Part shown: one piece after another, positions 49,406 to 61,734 of the stretch
Position numbering within the stretch: the stretch's first letter is position 1
Layout of the letters: every line of letters begins with the position of its first letter
NCBI GenBank assembly: GCA_030324005.1
Contig: JARDVH010000073.1
Coordinates: forward strand, 27,408,775-27,471,031
Length of the DNA: 62,257 nt
Direction: 5' to 3'
Source of the DNA: Negaprion brevirostris
Taxonomy: Eukaryota
Notes under the pieces: model-generated
Seen by the model: the letters and a program-made list of their open reading frames with translations, nothing else
The model's database searches: none
What the model was told of the DNA's origin: nothing
Made by a program: the position numbers and the translations under genes

Positions 49406-50488
49406 TGTCAATATTAAGAGAAGATGGGGAGTGACAAGAGATCCTGATAACTGTATGGAGGTGATGATAAATAGAAATCCCAACCCTGAATCAGAATCTG
49501 GGAACAGAATGTAAAATTCCTGGCATGAAAATGTGGATTGGAGATTTTTAAACCTATAGACAATCATGTGAAATGGAGATGCCTTGCCATCTCTGAGACC
49601 TAGTTGCAGCAAGGCAAAATTTATAGGGGGGTGGGGGGGTACTTGTTTAATTGGGAAAAAGGTGCAAGATATTTACACCTGTAAATAATAGCATACACAT
49701 CTATGTCGACTATGGATAGACCGATGGTCTTCAGATCCCACAGGGGGATGTTAGGAATGTCAGGGCTTTATAAATGGTTACACTTTAAACTATCTGTTAA
49801 ATTCCAAGATAAAACAGAGTTGAAGATTCTAGAGGATAGCTAATTAGCATTTGCACCTATATGATTAACATTGACAAAAGCATTGGGTTTAGGAAAAAAA
49901 CATCAATATTGGGTGGTGAGTTTCATAAGACACCACTGAAAGTCTCAGACAGCAAAAGAACAGAAAGATAGAGTCAGCCAGTACGACAACTAAAGCAGAG
50001 AAAGTGCTGCCTTTAGAATCCACCATGCAGAAGGTGAGTAGGAGCTTGCACTCAGACTGAACAGATTTAGTGAGGATTTAAATTAGGCTGGAATATTTGC
50101 CTACCTCTGGCTAGGAGGAGGAATCTCCAGGGCAACTATGAAAGACAGTCCTGGGATTAGGAACTAGCCAACTGGGAAAAGGAATAGGAAGCAGGCCACT
50201 GGGCGCAGAAATAGCTTTAGACTGGTCCCAGGAGAATAAAAGGATCTGCTTAAAGACAGAGTAAGTATAACCATGGTGCGGGATTGTTGGTTGTGCTTAA
50301 AGTCGTATAGGAAATTTTTTTCTCAGTTTGAAATATAAATCTCCCACAAAAATGGTGTTACTCAATATTGCTTCTAGTTTGATTACAGTAAAAATACTCA
50401 AACTTGAAGTCTTGTGTGATCTTTGCAGTCGATCACTGGAATTCAAACATCTTTTTAAAAGTTATTGGCCTCTATGGGGACAAGAACA
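49406..50488 (+). mobile_element. Possible solo LTR
   Basis: Purine-rich block ending ...ttattggcctctatggggacaagaaca (CA end) in the style of fish/shark LTRs; left boundary and TSD not established. Confidence 0.28.
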
Positions 50489-50654
50489 CAATGTAAACAT
50501 CACTACATCCATCTTACATATAACAAAAAGATGTCACAATATCATTCTCTGCTTCAATATCATATTATGACTGTATTTACAGAAGAGCATCCACTATTGC
50601 ACCAGTGACAATGTATTTATTTCCCACATCTACCATTTTATTATACTGTTAAGT

Positions 50655-50757
50655 TACAATAGCAACAATACTTCAAGAGTACTTCACTGCTTGCAAAGTG
50701 CTTTGGGACAGCCCAAGGTTGTGAAGGGCATTATATAAATGTAAATTCTTTTTTTCC
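50655..50757 (+). mobile_element. DeuSINE-like tail
   Basis: acttcaagagtacttcactgcttgcaaagtgctttgggacagcccaaggttgtgaagggcattatataaatgtaaattcttt. Confidence 0.7.
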
Positions 50758-51277
50758 ATTGGACATCTGTACAAAATCTGGATTGAGTCTTGTGCACCCT
50801 TACATACTAAAACATAAATCAAAACCACTAGGTCCACGCCATGTAAGAAATTTGCAGCCAGCCGACGAGACACTCTATTTGGCTAAATTTACATTTATTA
50901 GGTTTGTAAACACAAACAGTTACATTTGATTGCCATGGCAATTCATTCCAATACAGTTTTCATTTTCAAAAACCCTATGGCACTCTTCATGGCTTCAATA
51001 ACGCATGCAATCTTACCCCCAGGTTATTCTCCACTTAGTAGTTTCAGCACACAGCTCTGCACCCAGCCACTGTGGTTTCTTGGAAACAACTGGCTGGTGT
51101 TAAGGAGAGGGATGAGAAAGAATCAAGCCCCAATTCCCTTCCCTTATTGTCTGTAATCAAAATGTTTTTGTGTGCCTTAACCCCCGAGTGTATGGTCAAG
51201 TGGAGTAGCCAACAGCAAGCTTTTGCAGAAAAAAGGATTATTTATTCATGCATTCATCCTGAATGTCTAAACACTAT

Positions 51278-51770
51278 TGGCAGAATTCTCTCATTTTCAC
51301 ACCCAGTCTAAAGCTAAGGGACAGCTCCCCCAATGCCCCATTAGCAAAACAATTCTTTGTATTGGGGGCCCTAAAAATCAGATTCCCTGAACTGTCACTA
51401 AACTGCCCCCACCACTGCAGAACCCTCCTTCCCTGCTGCAGAATTCTTGCTCCCTTACTCCCTGGCACTGCCTGGGCCCAAGCGGCTATACTTACCTGCG
51501 CACCTCTGGCTCGCCAGGTGCACTTCAGGGAAGGAAATCCACTGGCATAAACCACATTTTGAGAATGTGCAAGTTAGGTTAATTGGCCATGCTAAATTGC
51601 TAAAGTGTCAGGGAGATTAGCAGAGTAAATACTTGAGGTTACAGGGATACGGCCTGCGTGGGATTGTTGTCAGTGCAGGCTCGAAGGGCCAAATGGCTTC
51701 CTTCTGCACTGTAGGGATTCTGTGATGATTTCCCATTCCTGCCACCGATCCCGCCTACCTAAAACTGGAG
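51278..51770. mobile_element. GC-rich DNA-transposon remnant interrupted by a SINE
   Basis: Starts ggcagaattctctc (TIR-like); GC-rich body with cctggcactgcctgggc. Confidence 0.45.
51565..51728 (+). mobile_element. HE1 class A 3' half
   Basis: gttaggttaattggccatgctaaattg...gggccaaatggcttccttctgcactgtagggattctgtgat. Confidence 0.87.
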
Positions 51771-52136
51771 TGGTAAATGTACTTATCACTCTCTTACACT
51801 CACATACTCAAGAAAATACAAAAAATTCAAATAGATATTGCACTTTTACAATTTATAAAAAGACTAGTTTATAGTTCACATGTTCGGCTGGTCACAGGAA
51901 AACCAGTTGTTGAGAGCTCGTTTTCACTTTGAACAGGCAGTTTGTGTGGTTCCCATAGATGGAGCTGTAAATCTGGCATTATGGTAGGGTTACTTTGAAG
52001 AGATGGATGTTCAGCATGTCACAAATTTGGTCACTTGAAGTTTTCTTACCAAACGATCAGATTTCTATACAAGCGGACTTAGAATAGGAACCAAGCTGTA
52101 AGACTTTAAAACTGAGCAGTCAGAGAATAGAATAGG

Positions 52137-52265
52137 ATCATAGAATCCATACAACGCAGAAGGAAGTCAGTTGTCCCATCGAGTCTGTACCAATCACATT
52201 TCCACCCAGACTCTATCCCTGTAACCCCACATATTTATCCCTTGATACTAAGGGGCACCTAACCA
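52137..52265 (-). mobile_element. HE1 class A tail fragment
   Basis: atcatagaatccatacaacgcagaagg...cccatcgagtctgtacc...ctatccctgtaaccccac. Confidence 0.75.
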
Positions 52266-52598
52266 GTCCCCAGGTTTAAAAAGGCATAGGTGTTACTGCT
52301 TGATCTGCAGCTGGTATTTTTCACTGGGTGTTCTTTGCAGACTGACCAGTTCCTCCCTGGTTCTTGGGATAATTGAATTATTTATCTGAAGACAGTTCCA
52401 TTCACATAATCAACTGCTATCATCCAATGACAATAGTTTGGAAGTCTCAATCCATTGCTACATAATGGGAGATAGATAGTGGCCATTCATGCCTACTTGT
52501 GGTTAAATGGTCCCAGAGGTGTCTTGCTAAATTTTGGACTTGTCGATATGAAGTCTGGAAGTCTATTCACTAAGTTTTGGGTAAATCACAAACAAAAG

Positions 52599-52698
52599 AG
52601 GCAGGATTTTCCGGCTATGCTTGCCCCAAGGGAAGTAGGTCCTGCTCGAGGAGCTTTGCTACGATTCCTGAGGCGGACGGGATGGGAAGGTTCTACCC
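52599..52698. mobile_element. MITE family M1, internally deleted
   Basis: ggcaggattttccggctatgcttgccccaag...gctacgattcctgaggc matches the 19622 copy. Confidence 0.65.
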
Positions 52699-53499
52699 TA
52701 GGTGTAAATTCACCAGGTGGGTTCTGCTTATGTCTGTTCATTTAAGGGGAAGGCCCCCACCCGCAGTTATGCTATCAGGAATTTTGCTTGGGACAGAAAT
52801 TGCAAAAGTCATTTGACTAACAGCAGTCATCTTATATCATCTTCTTAGTGACTCTTTTTTTAAATAAAGATAGTTCTGAAAACTGAACTGAATGCAGACC
52901 ACATTTTAAGGTATGAATCAGACATACCTTCACTGGGCATGACAATAATTTATGGTTGTTGGAGAGTGATTTCCCTGTGTGTTCCTAACTTATCCTTAGA
53001 TTTTATTGATTTGTATTTGCCTTTCCCATGAAACTACAATGGGATTGTGTGGCTGTTCTCTGGAAGAAGCTGGATTATGATGTGCAAGTTATCCTATGGC
53101 CAGACAGATTTGATACATCAGCTGGTAATTTTCTCTACTTTTTCATATGTTCATACGCCAAGATAATTAATTTTCAATTAAAAAATGGCTAGTTGTGTGA
53201 AAACTCCATCATGGTAAACAGTGCTGTATCAAAGGCAAGATTACCAATGAATGAGATGATGGCTCCTTTGTGAGCTTTTAAATGCAGTTTATCACTGCCT
53301 GTTTCAAGCGGTCAGCCTACATTGAAACTTACACAAATTGTGACATGCCTTTTTCAAGCAGATTCAGGCAGGCAAGCAAGCAAGGACATTGCAGTCAAGT
53401 GTAAAAGTACCAGATTAAATTTGGGTGTCATCTTTGGTTCAATGATAGTGTCCTTGCTTTCATGTCAGAATGTCATGCATTCATGTCACACACCAGAAT

Positions 53500-53850
53500 T
53501 TGGGCACATCTTTAGCTGACAATGTGGTACCAAGAGAGTGCTGTACTGTTGAAGGTACCACTTTTAATTGAGGCATTATACTAAGCCCCTATCTTCCCTC
53601 TTCGATAGGATTCTATGACACTGTAAGATGAGTAGGGAAGGGCTAACATTTCTCCATCAACCAATATCTCTAACAGTTCAATTTGTTATTTATCGCATTG
53701 CTGTATATTGAATTTACTAAACACAATACAGCTGGTGCTTTCCTCAAAATTACAAAAGTGATCCCATTTTAAAAGCAAATAATTGGTTGTGAAGCACTTT
53801 GGAATGCCCTGAGATAATGAAAAAGTGCTATACAAATGCATGTTATTTTA
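53500..53850 (+). mobile_element. DeuSINE-like element, old
   Basis: gagagtgctgtactgttgaaggtacc...ttatcgcattgctgt...gaagcactttggaatgccctgag...gtgctatacaaatgca. Confidence 0.68.
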
Positions 53851-54307
53851 TTATGAAATACTGATTCTACTTGTAAAAAAGGCATCCATGAAATTGGAAG
53901 GATAAATGTTAGTAGTAAGATGTTGACTTATATGTTGTGCAATACACAAGACATTTTAATGTCCTTTTTTCCCACTGAATTGAAGTATGGTTACACATTA
54001 TGGTTTAGCTTTGCCACTATATGGAACAGACACCCAAGTAAATTATGCGTTCACAATAGGTACTGGTTACCTACTTCTGCAGATCAAGAAAACATACTAA
54101 TAGGCAATCTGTTTTATTAACATTTCATCAGATTTCCTATTATGAGTGCAGTTATTTCTCAAAACGCACACATATATATAAGAAAACTAGTATATTAATT
54201 TAGCACTATCTATTTCCAGTATTAGAAAAAAAAAGTTAACAATCCTTTCAGTCCTCAAAACAGTAATGAATTCATTTTCACACTTCATCCTTTAGTCAAG
54301 ACATATA

Positions 54308-54958
54308 GGGCTGGATTTTCAATGCTGGGTCAGGAACCCAACATCCTGAGAAATTACAGGTCCTGACCCCTCACCCAGGCTGTGTCAGTCTTACAACTTG
54401 GTTTTAATATAAGTGGCCTTATTAGCTGGAAGATGGGCGCAGTGTCCAATTAGAGGCATCAAGTGCCTCCAGGCAGCGGGTGCTGCCTGCTTGGTGCCTT
54501 TACTTGGGGCAAAAGCACACAGTATTCAGGGTCAGAGTGGACAGCTCTCGGAAAGGCCACAGAGGTAGAACAAGATGGACAGTAGCCTTCCACAACCAGG
54601 TTAGGATCAGCGCTTGTGCTGGCACGTGTTGGTCCTAGACTTGTTTCAAAGACAAGCCTGCAAAAATTTGGATCCTATCATGAATCCAACAGCTAGACAC
54701 TGAGATAAATACTGTCTTGCCTGAGACAAGTTAAAAATTAGGCAGAAACATAAAGACCCCTTAACAAACTCCTTAAGGAGCTTAACAAGCCATCAGCTGG
54801 CACAGAGTGTATATCCCCGCTCCCTCCAACCTGACATGCCTTTCAAGATTTGAAACTGTCCTAAAGACATTGAGACATGGATGATCTCTGGCACCCTGAT
54901 TTTTCAAAATCCCACCCATACTGGTCCTGACCCCACAGGCCTTTGAAAATCCCAGCCC
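54308..54958. mobile_element. ~650-bp TIR-bounded non-autonomous DNA transposon
   Basis: gggctggattttcaa / ttgaaaatcccagccc inverted ends; subterminal gggtcagga / tcctgaccc also inverted. Confidence 0.75.
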
Positions 54959-56499
54959 TGATCGCTGATGTTGCTCCATAATTAAAGCTGTTTCTTGTTA
55001 GTTGTTAACAACCAAGCAGAGTCTAGCCCAAGTGGGGTCTCTTTGGGATCCAGGTGTTCCCAAGATATCACATCTGTTATCGAAAGCTCAGAGACTATTC
55101 AATTCTCTGTGGTGGAGGTGGTAATGTATGAACCAGGTGGGTGTCCTGGGTTCCTTACCTCTGATGCAGACTAAGTACACACATAAGTCATAATGAATTC
55201 TGCAGCACCCATTGTTTTGCCTCTGCAAACAGTTAGCACTGCATAACCAAATTTCTAGGTTACTGTGCAAGAAGTACAACTCATATTTACTGCCTAACGT
55301 AACAAGCTATCTTAAGTACAAGTAGTCTAAATATTGGGGGAAGGCTGACAGCCCCATAGCATGGGAAAAAAAACATAACATATTTTTAGAAAAAAAAGTT
55401 AAAGAAACAGCCGACATTAATTTCCGATGCATGTTGTTTCTGTAAAGCTCTGAAACTATCAACATTTATCAATGAGAAAGAGCTTGTTCTTCTTTTTCAA
55501 CAAGCAAATCTTTTTAATCACTCATTTTTAACACAAACAGAATTACTCCCTGAAATTTGATCATGTTGCTGATAATCATGGCAGCTTTTAGACATGTTTA
55601 AATATATGTGGAATATTCCAGATAAATTCACAGGATTGAAAATATAACTTAGTCAAATATTATGCACCTAATGGTTAGAAGAAACTTTCGTCCAGCTTAG
55701 TTTCTTGTTTTAAAAAAGGTATATGTTTCTATAATTTATCATCCCTTCATTCTCTATCTTTAAACCTTTGGTGGAATAATTTACAATAACGTGCCAAAAA
55801 TTCCCTTTTAATGGTGCCAGAAGAGTTCCATGCGCAAAAGCAAAACTTAGCTTGCAACAGAAGTTTTAAAAAACATGCTGCTTTCAATGTTCACACGTTT
55901 TAATACAAGTTACATTATTATGCAATATGTTCATTGAGAAATGAAACTCGTTATCTTTTTGTATATCTAATAACAAAAAAGGATTCAGGACAAGCAGGGA
56001 ATAGGAATCCACTCCTTTTTTCCATTTAAAAATGGAAATCCTTGGGCTTTGCAGTAGAAAAGCATTAGCTTTCTTTTGGCATTACGTTGTCCCAAAATCT
56101 AATGAACATGGCATGCTTTTAAACATAGACCATCATAAAATAAATGAATTTCAAGATTAGTCTGTCCTTGCATAGCACAACTGTCTTTCCTAAGCCCTCC
56201 AATTTTCCAAATACATTCTCAGGAATAATATTCATAAACAACCTTTTTTTGTTGCACTAATCAATAATTAGCCAATACATTTCTTTTTACATTTGTATAC
56301 AATTGCATAGAATCTAACAAAACAGGCATTCAGCCCAACTTGTCTAAGCCAATGCATCTTATGCTACACTAACTTTCTCCCTCTCTAATTAGTTCTCTTC
56401 ACTTTTCTATTCCCTATTTTCTCTCATATTTATAATAAACAATGCAAGCGGTCTACTTCTACCATTCCATGGGCTTAATTTTACACTGGGAGCAGGGTT

Positions 56500-57580
56500 C
56501 ACAGAATTATTAAAGCACAGAAGGAGACCACTTGGTCCATCTCTGCAAATAATCAATTCAGCCAGTGTCATTCCTCTGTTTTCCCCCACTGCCCCCCACA
56601 CCCCATAACCCTGCACATTCTTCCTNNNNNNNNNNNNNNNNNNNNNNNNNNNNNNNNNNNNNNNNNNNNNNNNNNNNNNNNNNNNNNNNNNNNNNNNNNN
56701 NNNNNNNNNNNNNNNNNNNNNNNNNNNNNNNNNNNNNNNNNNNNNNNNNNNNNNNNNNNNNNNNNNNNNNNNNNNNNNNNNNNNNNNNNNNNNNNNNNNN
56801 NNNNNNNNNNACCAGTTTTTCCCTATCTACTCTGTCCAGACCACTCAATTTTGAATACCTCTATCAAAATCTCTTCTCAGCCTTTTTTCTGAGGAAAACT
56901 GTTCCAGATTCTCCAATCTATCACAGTAACTGCAGTTTTTCATCTCTGGGACCATTCTTGTGAATCTTTCTGTACTCTCTCCCTCAACCTGCCAGCCACC
57001 TTCAATGACTTATGCACATATACAGCCAGGTCCCCTGCTCCTGCATTTCTTTAGAATTGTACGCTTTATTCTACATTGGTTCTCCATTTACTGCCAACCA
57101 AAGTGAATCACTTCACATTTTTCCACATTGAACATCACTGCCATATTCCAACAACTTGTTTATGTCCTTTTGAAGTTATACACTATACTACAGTTTATAA
57201 TGTTTCCAAGATATGTCTGCAAATTTTGAAATTTGACAAGTCTAAATAATTTGTTTTTAAAATCAGGAGAAGCAAGTGTTTGAACATTTACCACTGGGGA
57301 AACTCCACTACAAATGTCTTTCCAGTCTATAAACATTCATTAACAACCATTCTGTTTCCTGCCAGTCAGCTAATGTTGCATCCCTGTTGCTACTGTCCAT
57401 TTTATTCCATAAGCTGCAATGTTGATCACAAGTCTGTTGTGGGGCACTCTTTTTAAATGCTTTTTGAAAATCCATGCATTACCCTCATCAACACTGTCTG
57501 CTTCTTCTTCAGAAAAACTCCAAATTTATTAAACATAGTTTTTCCTTAACAAATCTGTGTTGGCTTTGCTTAATTAACCA
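56500..57580 (-). mobile_element. CR1 LINE fragment with gap and deletions
   Basis: 3' tail (cacagaaggagaccacttggtccatc), SGLDRVDREKL, and RT-region reverse complements (aaatgctttttgaaaatccat, aacaaatctgtgttggct). Confidence 0.82.
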
Positions 57581-58564
57581 GCATTAATAGTGTCAACCTG
57601 TAAATCCTTCTGGCTGTAAGCACAGGAGAGGCTGCTGGCCAGCAAGCTTGATGTGGAACGGTGCCCCTTAACCTGTAAGCTTTTGGCAAGAGACTTGCAA
57701 CCTGTTCCTAGCTACAGAAAGAGGCAAAAGCCTAACTTAGTGCATCACTAGGTGTGGAAAGAAAGAAAAGAGTGAGCTTTTTACTTAAAATCAGGAAGCA
57801 TGTGTGTGTGCACTGTGAAATGGAGCACTCTTGACACTTCACAGAACTTCATGGTCTGCAAAGAGGCCTTGATAAAGAGGAAGTATGAGAGAGTCTCAGT
57901 TAAACCTGGTTTGAACTTAGTTGTCCAGCTGAGGTACCCAACATTATACAGCCAGGCCACCTAGTTGTTTCTGGTTTCACCTTTCAGTTCTACATGCAAC
58001 TGAAAAGGAAGCAGCTCCAGCTGCTTTGTGCAGTAGCAGAGATTGCACAGCATTCAACACTGATGTTGAAAAGCCATTGTTAACATGGGTCTGAATTATT
58101 CAAAATTACCTTCTGAGGTTAATATTTCTACCAAATGTAATTTCACTTTTGAATGATATTGCATGCTATTGTGCTGGCATTTTAGTGTCTTCTCTGTCAT
58201 CACTGCTTGCTGTTGTACCTCGCTCTGAGCCGCTTATCGCTGCTGCTCTTCTTCCCCTTCAACCATTTCATAGAACAGGGTTTTGCCCATTAGGAAGGGT
58301 ATTCCAGCAGCTTCGTTTCTCTGAATGGTTGGGGGTGGGGTACATTTCAAGCGCTCTGCTAAGTATAGGACAGGTCTCTTTTTATTAAAAAAAAATCACA
58401 AAGAACATAAGTGTGATACTCTAGGAATTTTAGTTATGCTGATACAAGGTGACATGGTGCCTAACCTTCTGGGTGTAAATCTATGTTAATGTATTATTCA
58501 GGTATATCACAGGATTTTTTTTTACACAAGCGTTATGTAAATAGGAGGCAAAAACTTTCAGTGC

Positions 58565-58790
58565 TGGTTAATTAAGCAAAGCCAGCACAGATTTGTTAAG
58601 GAAAAACTACGTTGAACAAATTTGCTGGAGTTTTTTGAAGAAACAGAGTGTTGAGGGTAATGCATGGATTTTCAAAAGGCATTTAAAAAGTGTGCCACAC
58701 AACAGACTTGTGATCAACATTGCAGCTTACGGAATAAAAGGGACAGTAGCAACATGGATACAACAATAGCTGAGTGGCAAGAAAACGATT
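58565..58790 (+). mobile_element. CR1 RT fragment
   Basis: SQHRFVKEK...NLLEFFEE...MDFQKAFKK...GIKGTVATWIQ. Confidence 0.8.
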
Positions 58791-58840
58791 GAGAAAATTT
58801 GCACATAACTTTGATAATCAGTTTTATGTTGAAATATTGG

Positions 58841-59100
58841 TTTAAAGTTTATTTCTTATTGTCACAAGTAAGCTTATATTAACACTGCAATGAAGTTACT
58901 GTGAAAATCCCCTAGTCACCACACTGACACCTGTTTCAGGTACACTGAGAGAGAACAGAGCACGGACAATGCACCGAACCAACATGTCTTTCGGACTTTG
59001 GGAGGAAAGTGGTGCACCCGAAGGAAACCCACACAGACACGGGGCAAGCGTGCAGACTCCACACAGACAGGTGACCCAAGCCAGGAATCAAACCCAGGTG
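58841..59100 (-). mobile_element. HE1-like SINE class B
   Basis: Best-preserved class B tail (ttattgtcacaagtaagcttatattaacactgcaatgaagttactgtgaaaatcccctagtc); V-domain; B box. Confidence 0.88.
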
Positions 59101-59429
59101 GTGCAAAGCTGCTCACTGGGCAAGGAATTCCAAGATGCATTAAATTGCAAACTCCATCCTTGTGACTTTTCATTTTATATACATCCTTTGTCGGCATTTG
59201 TTGCCATATTATTACACTCATTTCAAAGTTTGTCGAAGTATCTTCCAACCGCGAGATAGGTTTTAAAGCTTGCATTTGAAAGCTTTTGCTTAAAATGACT
59301 AATTTTTTTTACCGTTTCCACAGTCATTATTACCTGAAACCTCTGTAATCCTGTTCTCACTTACATCTTTACATTCCCTTTCCAACTTTTGCTGCCTCTC
59401 ATAATAGCACTCTGTTTCCTGTTCATTGT

Positions 59430-60128
59430 CCAGCCCAGATACACCTTGGTAGGCCTTGTTGCTGTCAGATGGCAGAAGTCCCCAGTGGAGGTCCCTTTAC
59501 GGAGAGATCTCCCCCCATTACATCAGGGACCTGCGGTAGAGGGTGATGCATGTAGCAGTTCCACACAACCGTAAGATCCACTGGTTCACGGACTCCGAAG
59601 CTTGCTCCTTCTGTGGCCTTGTGGACCATGTCTATATTCCGTGTCTTAGGTTGCACTCCCTTTTTGTTTTTTGAAGAACCTTTCATTTATGTTTTGTTTG
59701 CACTTCAGTCCGACACTCCTGATCTACAGACACCCGGTGCAGAGGGGCAGGTCGAGATAACGATCTACTTGTGAACCTGCTCCTAGGCCTGGTGAAATGT
59801 GCCAATTACAGGTCCAGGCAGCGGGCGATCAAGGGGGCCGTCCATCCTGACTGGCTGCCCCTCTACCGCGAGTACGTTCGTGGCCAGGCATCCCTGAAGA
59901 GGGAGCATGCGGTGTCCATAAGCACGGTTGATGCCTTCCGCGTCCGTTGGGCGCCGCAGGGGCTGCCGTGAATTATCGACCCCAATAATCACATTTTAAT
60001 TTGATGTTTTTAAGTTTCTTTTGTATTTTGATTTTGTTCGGGCTGTTCCCCCTCCTTTTGGGGAGCTGTCCCTTTTATATTGTCCTGATTTAACTTGAGT
60101 TTGTTTATTTGGTTTGACCTTAGAAGAG
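59430..60128 (+). mobile_element. Tx1-like (L1 group) LINE 3' end
   Basis: PDTPW...PQWRSLY...DLR*RVMH...CSFCGLVDHVYIPCLRLHSLF (CCHC finger), then NLLLGLVK...REHAVSISTVDAFRVRWAPQGL; T-rich 3'UTR. Confidence 0.8.
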
Positions 60129-60974
60129 ACATGCCGAATATTGAAGCAGACTTCTTTACACAGATTGAGAATCACCAACCTTATCGCCGTTTCTCCTTTT
60201 CATACCATTCTCGTAGCTCAGACAGGCAGCAAAGCCAACATGCAGAAACCTCCCCAGTTGTCACCAATGGTCTCACCTGGGCCAAGGCTGTCATTGCGAT
60301 GGTGAAATAGCAGAATGGCCCAAAAGATGCACACCCCTGAACATGGCACTTCTCATTTCCACAGGGGGTTTGTGCGTGCACATTTTACAGAGGTAGCTGG
60401 CCACTTGCCATTAGCTGCCTCTTGAAGTGTGCAAAGTAAACCTGTTAAGGATAGATCTGAACTTGGTGTTTTTGTTTGGACAGCCAAGAGAGGTACAATT
60501 TGCTTCAAAACTTTATTCACAGTCCCCAAAGTAGCACGAAACCAATTCCAAACAGCTTCACTGAACTCAAGGGAATAGGAGAGTTGAGCTCCTGGTCCCC
60601 AGTAGGGGCAATTCATTTTGCCCCTCCTGACTCATGCACCCAGCTGCCAGGAATAACTTTGCACTGGAGAAGGGTGAAAAATGCTTCATGCGAAGGAACC
60701 TAGAAGTTGGACACTGCACGCTCACACTGAGGCCATAGCAGCCACACAGTGAGCAGCCATAAGCCAGAGAAAGGTTAGATAGTCAGGAGGAAGAGGCTGC
60801 TGCCCACGCACCAGGAAAGAGGAAGAGGAGAGGCAGAGCAACCAGCTACCCTGTGGAAAGGGTGTACAGAGTTACCTTTCCTCAATATGACAGAAAAACT
60901 GTAGAAACCACTCAAGTCATGAGGTGGTGACAGATGTACATTGCATGGTCCAAAAGCAGTTTGAGTCAGAATCC

Positions 60975-61640
60975 ATTGAAGCCTATTGGCCCTTCCAATG
61001 GTTCTGAAGTTAACCATGACTCTCAAATTCTATGCCTCAGGATTTTTATAGGGATCATCAGGAGAGCTGTCTGGAATATTCCAGTCAGCAGCACACATCT
61101 GCATTAAAGCTGAACCTAATGCCCTGTTTGCTCATGTGGGCGATCGGGTTAATTTCTCTGTATATTTATCATCTTGGACACAGACAGCCACAACCTTTAC
61201 CCAATTAACCGGCTTCCCTCAGATGCAGGGTGTTATTGATTGCAGCATAATGCCACGAAGGCCCCCGGTACAGCAAGCAGACACCTTTGTCAACCGGAAA
61301 TCCACACACTCAATCAACGTTCAGGTGGTTTGTGATAAAAGCAAAGTTCTGTTGAAGGGTCATTATGGGCTCCAACCCTCATTTCTCTCTTCACAGATGT
61401 TTCCAGACCTGCTGAGTTGATGCAGCATTTTTGGTTTTTATTCCAGGTGGTTTGCGACCACCACAAGGTCTTTCCTCATGTGTGCGGAAAGTTCTCTGAC
61501 AACCGCCACAGCTCCTTCATAGCTGAAGAAATTTCAGCCACTGACGCAAATCCATTGTTGACTTCGAGGGGAGGATGCATACCCCCTTAAGAATTTGGAT
61601 AACGGCATCCTGTAGAGGCCCTGAAACTGAGGTACATCAA
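60975..61640 (+). pseudogene. PIF/Harbinger DDE transposase remnant (HARBI1-like family)
   Basis: LKLTMTLKFYASGFL*GSSGELSGIFQSAAHICIK...GFPQMQGVIDCS...FVNRKSTHSINVQVVCD, then LRGEDAYPLRIWI (degenerate LLGDxGYPL); stops, frameshifts and an insertion. Confidence 0.88.
61336..61443 (+). mobile_element. PLE family 2 fragment inserted in the transposase
   Basis: gttctgttgaagggtca...cacagatgtttccagacctgctgag; 14-bp TSD caggtggtttgtga (61322-61335) / caggtggtttgcga (61444-61457). Confidence 0.75.
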
Positions 61641-61734
61641 AGTTGTTTTAAGGGTTTTTTACCAGATGCCCCATTTAAAGTTTTAGTTCCTAAAACTAAT
61701 AGTTAAATTCTAAAATGTATTCATTATGAACAAG

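Larger units (their letters stand above)
1179..56810. other. 19 assembly gaps (N-runs) scattered across this span
   Basis: Runs starting at 1179, 1843, 13269, 22140, 33193, 38116 and 46946 are exactly 100 N (unknown-size convention); the others are 10 to about 340 nt. Several fall inside repeats. Confidence 0.85.

Noticed and set aside
52270-53320. Possible very old LINE ORF remnant on the minus strand
   Set aside because: No motif I could identify with confidence.
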